NCBI GenBank assembly: GCA_038087875.1
Contig: JAXLNO010000612.1
Span: forward strand, 62,001-125,327
Origin: Malacoraja senta
Taxonomy: Eukaryota
Reading direction: 5' to 3'
DNA length: 63,327 nt
Position numbers and translations under genes: made by a program. Each line of letters begins with the position of its first letter. Positions within the stretch are counted from its first letter, which is position 1. A model generated the notes under the pieces. That model had not been told where the DNA came from and did not search any database. It was given only the letters and a program-made list of their open reading frames with translations. This document shows positions 34,115 to 43,030 of this stretch, one piece after another.

Positions 34115-37100
34115 GCTTTACAAAGCGAGTAAAACAATCTGCGAATCAGGATTAGATATCAATCAACTTGTGATCTCTGCAATGTGAAGAGCTGACATTG
34201 TGTCAAAATGTAGGAGTATCAGAGTCACCTGAGATTACACAGAATGTCATCTGCATTTGAATGTGATCTGCGATAAATATGCTCCCAGAACTGTCAAAGG
34301 TGTAAGGAAATATCCTGGGATTTCCTTGCTGAGCTAGATGAGGATGACGGTAAACTATGTTGAAGGTTTATTCACTCATTGCGGTGACAGGCGCGCATTT
34401 ATCAATCAGAGCATTGGTTCACAAGTTGCAAGTGTTCACTTCTGGATGTGGCTGATTGTTCTGGCGGCCTGCAGTGAAAAGCAAACGCTGGCTCGGGATC
34501 AACAGCGTTGCCTTCCGCATCATCTCCAAAAGCCACCATGTGGTCTGATGAGGTGACATACCAGATCTACTGAATAAGAAACCTTCAAGAGATGGTTGAG
34601 TTTTCCACGTAACTTGCATTGTTTCTCCTCAGCAGGACCTCCTGTTCTGAGTGGGTCTCTGACACCACAGTTGTCTTATTGCTATGAATTCTCAACAATA
34701 CTGGTCCTTGTTTGTTAAGATCGAAAGACGCAGATCAGAATTAGGCCATTCTGCCCATCAAGTCAGCTCTGCCATTCAATCATGGCTGATCTAAGTCCAT
34801 AATTTCATAATTTCTAGGAGCAGAATTAATGCAATTCGGCTCATCAAGTCTATTCCACCATTCAATCATGGCTGATCTATCTTTCCATCTCAACGGCATT
34901 CTCCTACCTTCTCCCCGTAATCTTTGACATCCTTTCAAATCAAGAACCTACCAACATCCACTTTAAAAGTACCCTATTGCTGCCTCCATAGCAGTCTGTG
35001 GCAATGAATTCCACAGTTTCACCACCCTTTGGCTAAAGAAATTCCTCCTCATCTCCATTCTAAAGGTATATTTTATTTTGAGGCTGTGCCTTCTGGACTT
35101 TCCCTCTACTGGATATAACCTCTCCACATCCATTTCATTATCCGGTAGGTTTCAATGAGATTTCCCTTCGTCCTTCTAAACTCCAGCGAGTGCAGGCCCA
35201 GAGCCGTCAAACACTCATCATACATTAACCCAATCATTCCTAGAATCATTCTCGTGAACCTCCTCTGGATCCTCTCCATCGCCAGATCATTCTTCCACAG
35301 ATATGAGACCCAAGATGGCTCACAATATTCCAAATGTGGTCTGCTGATTGTTGTTGGCGTTTGAGAACACAAAATAACTTGGCCTGTCGTGTAAGAAGGA
35401 ACTGCAGATGGTGGTTTAAACCGGATAGACACAAAGTGCTGGAGTAACCAGGTGGGTCAGGCAGCACCTCTGGAGAACATGGATAAATGAAGTTTCGGGC
35501 AGAGACCCCCCTTCAGATTAGGATATGTCAATAAGGAGGTTGTTTTAGGCTGCAGCAGGGTATAGATCAGGTGGAAGAGTTAGGAGGTGCTATGGCAGGT
35601 AGAATTTAATCCCAACAACTGTGAGGTGATGTATTTTGGAAGTTATATAGGGATAGTATATATAGTGAATGGTAGGGCACCAAGGACTGAAGCTGAACAG
35701 AGTCACCTAGGAAGACCATTCCTCTGTGAGAGTGGCAACACAGATCTATACAGGTTGGTGAAGATGCATGTAGCATGCTTGCCTTCATAGGTCAGGGCAT
35801 TAAGTTTTGGAGGTTGTGCTGCAACTTTGCAAGACAAAGGTTAGGCCGCACTTGGAGTATTGTGTGCAGTTCCAGTTGACACACTATAGAAAGGATGAAG
35901 TTGCACTGGGGAAAGTACAGAGGAGATTCACCAGGACGTTACCTGGATTAGAAGACAGTGATTATGGGGAGAGGTTGAACGAGGCTGAGGGGTGACCTGA
36001 TAGAAGTATTTAATATTATGAGAGGCATAAACAGATTATAGGACACAAAGTGCTGGAGTAACTCAGCAGTTCCTTCAGCCAGCATCTGCAGTTCTTTGTT
36101 TCTACAAAAATAGATTAGATAGTGAAAAGGTTCTTCCCATGGTAAGGACATCAAAGATCAGAGGGCATAGGTGTAATGTGAAATAGGAATCTGAGAGAGG
36201 ATCTGAGGAGAAAGTCTTGTTACACAAATAGTTTGATATCAGGAATGGTCTGCCAGAGAAAGTGGTTGAAACAAATATCTCATAAGGTCATAGAATTAGG
36301 CCATTCAGTCCTTCAAGTCTACTCCGCCATTCAATCATGGCTGATTGAATGGTGGAGTAGACTTGATGGGCTGAATGGCCTCCCTCCTAACCCCAATTTC
36401 CTGCTTTCTCTCCATAACCACTGACACCTGTTGTAATCAAAAAGTGTATGGGGTGATTGTTGGTCGGCATGGACTTGGTGGGCCGAAGGGCCTGTTTCCA
36501 TGCAATATCTCTAAACTAAGCAGCTGATGAACCACCAGAAAATAAAAGATACTTTGAGCAATGAACCTATATGTAGGTTTGTCAACATGTTTTGTGGTCA
36601 GAGTTTGGAGTAATGTAATGAGCACTGAAGGTTCAATTTCCTAACTGTGGGCTGAGCAAATGTGTTTAACTCAATCCCCGTGGGTCAGATCAAAGGCGGA
36701 TGGAGAACTTCATTTGGTAACTATACCTAAAAGGAATTACGACAGATACTTAAATGGACAAGGCACAGAAGGAGATGGTTCCATTACCACACGTGGGATT
36801 AGTGTAGATGGGCAAAAAAGGTGGGTATAGATCGGATGGGCCAAAAGGCCTGATTCTGTGCTGTACAGTTCTATGACTCTATGATTCTAGGAGGAGATGA
36901 CATTCAGTTTTTCAGATGTTGCTATCAGGAGAGTGTGTCCATCCATTCTGTGGCCCAGGAATCTATTCATGTATAAGATGAAGTGACATTGGGGAAGGAT
37001 TGACAGAGGAGTGAATAGGGTAACAGTTCTGGTATGTTTTAGCCAAACAAAGTGCTGGAGGAGCAGGGTGAGGACGGAGGAAGTTTCAGGTCAGAACTCT

Positions 37101-37412
37101 TTTTCAAGTCGACTTAGTCTGTTTATTTCCCTTGCGGAATTGGGGTTGACGCCAGGTGGACAATTGGGACAGTGGGGTGAACCCACGTGATATGGTTTAT
37201 TTATAGAGAATGACAATGGTGACGAGAAGGTCTGGGTCCATGTGGGGGAGCAGTCCCTCGATACCAGTGTGCATGTGAGGGCTGTCTGGAGATCTCGGGC
37301 TTGGCCCGGCAGCTCAGTCTTGACCTCGAGGAGGAGCTTTTGGCAGTTTCAGGCTTGTCCCAGTCACTCGGTTTCAAAGGAGGCACTGGCTGTTTTGCGC
37401 TTATCCCCGCAG
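34115..37412. repeat. 3,298-bp direct repeat, copy 1 (left of L1 B); contains old CR1, Penelope and SINE fragments
   Basis: Starts GCTTTACAAAGCGAG and ends CTTATCCCCGCAG. Every ORF call wholly inside it recurs with identical translation at offset +8916. Confidence 0.97.
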
Positions 37413-37421
37413 GTTGAAGAC

Positions 37422-38015
37422 ATGGCGAAATTGAGGCAAGAACATGAGCAAATGAGGCGAGAAAACGAACAAGCATCACTACAAATGGGGACTCAATTAG
37501 AGAAAGTCTCATTCAAATGCCTGGACCTGGAAGCTCGTTCTAGACGCCAGAATTTGAGAATTCTTGGTGTTTCAGAGGGGGCAGAAGGGGAACAGGTACG
37601 TGAATTTGCCATGGGCTTGTTGAAACAACTGTTGAATCTTCCCAAGGAACCGAAAATCGAAGTGGCTCATCGTGTCCCAAGATTTGATGCGGCAAAAGCT
37701 TATCCACGACATATTATAGTGAAATTTCGAGATACTGCAGAACTGGAATACGTTATGACTAAAATCAAATATGGTGTACAATTACGGCTGGACAAAGACA
37801 CTATTAAGATATTCAGGGACTACCCACATGAAATTGTGCAAAAAAGAAATAAATTTGATAAGGTTAAAGATCTTTTAAGAGGGAGAGAAGGGGTCAGATT
37901 TGGGGTTTTTTATCCCGCGAAAATGCGTATTTCTTTTAATGGTCTTGAAAAGTCATTTGTTAAGCCTGAAGACGCTTTCAAATATGCCCAAACAATTGTT
38001 GAAAAACAGAAATAA
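37422..38015 (+). CDS. L1 ORF1p (transposase_22-like RNA-binding protein), N-terminally truncated
   Basis: Coiled-coil end, DLEARSRRQNLRILGV.EG.EG, IEVAHR, PRHIIVKF, IFRDYP and YPAKMRI motifs. The first in-element ATG is at 37422; the track ORF from 37242 reads in from flanking DNA via GTG. Confidence 0.85.
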   Translation: MAKLRQEHEQMRRENEQASLQMGTQLEKVSFKCLDLEARSRRQNLRILGVSEGAEGEQVREFAMGLLKQLLNLPKEPKIEVAHRVPRFDAAKAYPRHIIVKFRDTAELEYVMTKIKYGVQLRLDKDTIKIFRDYPHEIVQKRNKFDKVKDLLRGREGVRFGVFYPAKMRISFNGLEKSFVKPEDAFKYAQTIVEKQK

Positions 38016-38820
38016 AAGGGAGCTTTGGCAGATCCGAATAATTCTCAGCTATGTTTTGTCTGGGGATAGTTACATTGTTATCTCTGGAATGTTGAAGCAA
38101 GGACATTTTCTGTTCAAAACGTGTAATCAACTTTATAGCTGGATATGAATTAGAAAATAATTGCTTATTGATTAAAATGTTATAACCAATTGTAAGAACT
38201 TATCCTATTAACAACTTTAAAAGTTATGCAGGTTAGATTAGAATACTAACAAAAAAAACAAAAAAATAATGAACTAACATACTAATATGAATTTTTAATA
38301 AATTGTAACCTTGTCTATAAGCGGGAGGAGGGGATGAGAAACGAGCTCCTGGCTTATGTCCAGGAGCACGTCTCGTTAACCCCTTCAACCAACAGCTGAT
38401 TCTTATTGAAATCAAAAATATTGGTTTAATAATTAAACTCTGATATATATATATGTTATAAGGAAATATCAGGGTAAAATTGTATTATATATCTGAATGT
38501 GAGGCCTCGTTTTAATATTTTAATATGTTATGATTAACTAAGAGAGCGGAGCGAGTTGAGCAACATCGCAATGGAAGTCAAAATAAGGTTTTTTCCCACC
38601 TACAGGTGGGTCACTCGCTACAGTGCCGACTATAGACACTGTAGCCTCACTTTTTTAGTTTTTTTTTTATCACATAAAATCACTTGTTTGTGTTTTGTGT
38701 TTAGTGATAAGAATAATATGGACATACCAACAAAAGTTAATAATTCAAAAACTCCCCCAATACCTAAAGACCTGGGATATGGACGCACCACAAGATTCAA
38801 AGGTACTATAATTATTCAAA

Positions 38821-41800
38821 ATGCATGACACCACACAAAAGAACCTAGGAGGAATCTCATTTTGTAGTTGGAATATAAGAGGTATTAACGAACCTATCAA
38901 AAGGGGTAAGATATTAGCTCAGCTAAAAATGTATAATTCTGACATTACCTTCCTACAAGAAACACACCTAAAACCTCAGGACCAAGTTAGGCTGAGGGCG
39001 AAATGGATAGGTCAAACATACCATTCTTCATTCACTTCAAAATCTAGAGGCACGTCAATTATCATAAGAAAAGGTATACCATTTAAAGCAAAGAATATTA
39101 TAACAGATATAGAAGGGAGATACCTAATAGTTAATGGAGAAATCCATGACACTCCACTTACTTTGGTAAATATATATGCCCCTAACTTTGATAACCCCCA
39201 CTTTTTCAATAAAATCTTCAATATAATTGCAGAGTCAAACTATCAAAATGTTATAATAGGCGGAGACTTTAACTGTGTTTTAGATCCGTACTTAGATAAA
39301 TCAAGTCAAAAACAGAGAGGGAATATGAAATCGAAAACTGGGGAACTCCTCAATACCTACATAAATAACACTAATATAGCAGATGTTTGGAGAATTGTGA
39401 ATCCAACTGGCAGGGAATATTCGTTTTACTCAATGGTACATAAGACATACTCACGTATAGACTACTTTCTGCTGGATACAAAATTAATTCCCCAAACATC
39501 TAATGCAATATATCATACAAATTCAATTTCAGACCATTCTCCACTAACTTTCTTTTTAAAACTGGAAGGATTGTCTAAGAATAATTCATTCTGGAGATTT
39601 AACTCTCAAATTTTAAAAGATCCACAAGCGAGTATATATTTAAAAGAACAAATGGAGGTCTTTTTTCAAACAAATGATACTTCAGATATATCGCCTACTT
39701 TACTTTGGGAATCTTTTAAAGCATACATTAGGGGTATTATAATTTCATATCAAGCTTTTCAAAATAAAAAGAATAAGAATGAACAAAGACAGTTAGAAGA
39801 ACTTATTAGACAAATGGATATAGATAATGCTAAAGATCCATCAATAGATAAACATAATAAAATAATAATTTTAAAATTTAAATTAAATAAATTATTATCT
39901 GCCAAACTTATAAGACTTTTTCAAATTACAAAACAAGAGCACTTTGAATTTGGGGATAAACCGCATAAACTTTTGGCTCGCCAGCTAAAAAAACGAGAAA
40001 AGGAACATACTATACCAAAGATCAAATCAGATAAAGGGGAATTATTAACAACACCGAAGGATATTAATAAAAGATTTGCGCAATTTTACGAGAATTTGTA
40101 TACATCTAAAACGATAATTGATTCCAATAATATCACAAAGTTCTTGGATACCTGTAATCTTCCAAAGTTAGAGCTGAAGGAACAAGAGGAACTGGGTGCA
40201 CAAATCTCAATTAAGGAATTAGAAGATACAATAAACTCACTAAAAAATGGAAAAACACCAGGCCCTGATGGATTTACTAATGAATTTTATAAAAGCTTTT
40301 ATGATAAAATAATACCAAGATTACAAAAAATGTACCAATACGCTTTTAAAAAACGAATACTACCTGATACATTAGCGGAATCAACGATTACATTAATACC
40401 TAAGAAAAATAAGGATTTAGAAGAACCTGGCTCATATAGAGCTATAGCATTGTTAAACACAGATCAAAAAATATTAGCGAAAACATTAGCCAGAAGATTA
40501 AGTAAATACATTAGTAAATTAATAAACCCAGATCAGACAGGGTTTATCCCTAAGAGATACTCCTCTAATAATATGAGACGTCTACTCAACATAATGCACT
40601 CACACAAATCTGAAGATCAAGAATTATCAATTATTTCGCTGGATGCTGAAAAAGCATTTGATCAAGTAGAATGGAATTATATGGATAAAGTATTACAAAA
40701 ATTTCAACTGGGAGAGAATTTTATTTTATGGATTAAGTTACTATATAACAAACCTACAGCTAGAATACTTACTAATAACATATTATCCTCGAAATTTCAA
40801 CTATCAAGGGGAAATAGACAAGGATGCTCATTATCACCACAGCTGTTTGCTCTCATTATTGAACCGCTAGCAGAAAAAATTAGAATACACCCTGATATTC
40901 ATGGATATAATACTAAAGACTCATATAATAAAATATCTTTATACGCGGATGATATATTATTGTATATTACAAAACCTCAAATCACTATACCAAATATATT
41001 AAATTTAATTGAAGACTTCGGATCTTTTTCTGGATACAGAATAAATTGGAATAAAAGTGAAATTATGTCAATAAAACCGAAAGATTCAACACATCTTTTA
41101 AAATTCCCTTTTAAAATAGCTACAGAAAAATTTAAATATTTGGGAATCGAAATTACCAGAGCATATCAAGGTATGCTCAGGGCAAATTTTGACCCCCTAC
41201 TTAATAAACTGAATACATTAATTAAATTCTGGAAAACGCTTCCGATGTCTTTAATAGGCCGAATAAACGCAATAAAAATGATCTTTTTACCACAAATTTT
41301 ATACCTATTTCAATCAATTCCTATATACTTACCTAAGAAGTTTTTTAAAAAACTCGACTCCGATATCACTAATTTTATATGGGACTATAAATCACATAGA
41401 ATACAAAAAACCCATCTGAATAAATCTAAAGTATTGGGGGGTCTAGCACTACCTAATTTTATGTATTATTATTGGTCAGTAAATATTAAAAACATGATTC
41501 AACTGATGGATAACTCCGCCCAGCAAGTAGACTGGATTGTAATGGAGAAAGAGGATTGCTCCTCTAGAAACATTGGAGCGATCCTCCTCTCTCCAATGAA
41601 ATTGAATAACATAAACTATAATAAGAACCCAATTATTCATAGTACAATCCGTATTTGGAAACAAATAAAACAAAATTTAAAATTAAGAAACTTATCACTT
41701 TTATTACCTATAGTCAATAACCCTTCGTTTAGTCCTTCTATTATAGATAAAGCTTATACACAATGGGATAGACTAGGAATTAAAACGCTTGGTGACTTGT

Positions 41801-42612
41801 ATGAAACTGGAAAATTACTTTCATTTCAACAATTACAAATAAAATATAAACTCGGAAATAATCAATATTTTAAATACTTTCAAATATGCGACTATTTGAA
41901 AAAATATATAAAAGATCATCATAATAACCCAGCAGATGTACTGGACGAGGCAATGCAGATAAAAGCGGAATCAGCAAACTTAATATCATATTTGTACAAT
42001 ATTATCTTAAATGCACAAATACCATCTACGGAGGGTATCAGAAGAGACTGGGAACAAGAGTTAGCTATTAAAATTTCAAAGGAAAGTTGGAATGAATACT
42101 TATTAAAAGTGCATAAATGCTCGATTAATGTAAGACACACTTTAATACAATTTAAAATTTTACATAGATTATATTATTCGAAAACTAAAATTCATAAAAT
42201 TTTCCCAAACGTATCATCTATTTGTGATAAATGTCAATCCCAAGAAGCAACTATAGCGCACTCATTTGTCTTCTGTACAAAAATTCAAAAATTTTGGAAT
42301 GAAATTTTTGAAATCTTTACAAAGTTATTTAAAACAAGACTGATACCCAAAGCAGAATGGATTATCTTCGGAATAACGGAAGATGATCCAGAATTAAATG
42401 TGTTTCAAAAGAAATTAATGGATTATGGGTTAATAACTGGAAAAAAGCTAATTCTAAAATTTTGGAAGAAGGCTCCAATACCAACTATAAATATGTGGAT
42501 TTCAAATATGTTTGAAACATTACACCTTGAAGAGATAAGACTCCTCCTAGCAGGTAAACCAGATCACTTCCACCTGACGTGGTCTGCATTTATAGAATTA
42601 TTACAAACATAG
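38821..42612 (+). CDS. L1 ORF2p: APE endonuclease, reverse transcriptase and CCHC knuckle, intact 1263 aa
   Basis: SWNIRG, LQETH, NIYAPN, GGDFN, RIDY and SDH (endonuclease); KTPGPDG, SLDAEKAFD, RQGCSLSP and YADD (RT); CDKC...HSFVFC. No stops. Confidence 0.97.
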   Translation: MHDTTQKNLGGISFCSWNIRGINEPIKRGKILAQLKMYNSDITFLQETHLKPQDQVRLRAKWIGQTYHSSFTSKSRGTSIIIRKGIPFKAKNIITDIEGRYLIVNGEIHDTPLTLVNIYAPNFDNPHFFNKIFNIIAESNYQNVIIGGDFNCVLDPYLDKSSQKQRGNMKSKTGELLNTYINNTNIADVWRIVNPTGREYSFYSMVHKTYSRIDYFLLDTKLIPQTSNAIYHTNSISDHSPLTFFLKLEGLSKNNSFWRFNSQILKDPQASIYLKEQMEVFFQTNDTSDISPTLLWESFKAYIRGIIISYQAFQNKKNKNEQRQLEELIRQMDIDNAKDPSIDKHNKIIILKFKLNKLLSAKLIRLFQITKQEHFEFGDKPHKLLARQLKKREKEHTIPKIKSDKGELLTTPKDINKRFAQFYENLYTSKTIIDSNNITKFLDTCNLPKLELKEQEELGAQISIKELEDTINSLKNGKTPGPDGFTNEFYKSFYDKIIPRLQKMYQYAFKKRILPDTLAESTITLIPKKNKDLEEPGSYRAIALLNTDQKILAKTLARRLSKYISKLINPDQTGFIPKRYSSNNMRRLLNIMHSHKSEDQELSIISLDAEKAFDQVEWNYMDKVLQKFQLGENFILWIKLLYNKPTARILTNNILSSKFQLSRGNRQGCSLSPQLFALIIEPLAEKIRIHPDIHGYNTKDSYNKISLYADDILLYITKPQITIPNILNLIEDFGSFSGYRINWNKSEIMSIKPKDSTHLLKFPFKIATEKFKYLGIEITRAYQGMLRANFDPLLNKLNTLIKFWKTLPMSLIGRINAIKMIFLPQILYLFQSIPIYLPKKFFKKLDSDITNFIWDYKSHRIQKTHLNKSKVLGGLALPNFMYYYWSVNIKNMIQLMDNSAQQVDWIVMEKEDCSSRNIGAILLSPMKLNNINYNKNPIIHSTIRIWKQIKQNLKLRNLSLLLPIVNNPSFSPSIIDKAYTQWDRLGIKTLGDLYETGKLLSFQQLQIKYKLGNNQYFKYFQICDYLKKYIKDHHNNPADVLDEAMQIKAESANLISYLYNIILNAQIPSTEGIRRDWEQELAIKISKESWNEYLLKVHKCSINVRHTLIQFKILHRLYYSKTKIHKIFPNVSSICDKCQSQEATIAHSFVFCTKIQKFWNEIFEIFTKLFKTRLIPKAEWIIFGITEDDPELNVFQKKLMDYGLITGKKLILKFWKKAPIPTINMWISNMFETLHLEEIRLLLAGKPDHFHLTWSAFIELLQT

Positions 42613-43030
42613 GGTGCAAAAGTACTTTAAAAAAAAATAAAAAATTGAGGTCGGGTAAGGGGGGATGATAGTTGAAGAGTTGGTATGTCCTATTTACGTG
42701 ATGCTCAAAAAAAAAAACATTTGTTTCTCTTTTTTTTCTCTTTCTCTTTTCTTTTCTTAGGGCCTATTTCTTAACTCTTTTTCTTTTTGTTTTTAATTTC
42801 GCTCTTATAGGGTCTTCGTCCTTTTTTGTTGTTACATTTTCTACACTTTTCTACACTTGCACTTTTTCCTTCACTTTCTTCTCTCTTTCAATCTTTTCTT
42901 TCTCTAGTGTAAAAAAATAAATAAAGGGAGTACATTAATTGTAAGATGATATAAATGACGAGTATTAATGTATGTGGTTGTAATGTAATGTACTTCTAAT
43001 AAATAAAAATTTAAAAAAAATTAAAAAAAA

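Larger units (their letters stand above)
37413..43030 (+). mobile_element. L1-clade LINE copy B, truncated inside ORF1, with intact ORF2
   Basis: ORF1 C-terminal part, 805-nt spacer, 1263-aa ORF2, 3' UTR, AATAAA and A-rich tail ending at 43030. Confidence 0.97.

Noticed and set aside
34338..34556. 72-aa ORF present three times as a small gene family
   Set aside because: The copies arise from the local inverted and direct duplications; there is no recognisable domain or splice structure.
37242..37421. N-terminal extension of the 257-aa ORF as a novel ORF1 domain
   Set aside because: It is mostly flanking repeat DNA (identical at 46158 onward) read from a GTG; the L1 starts at 37413.
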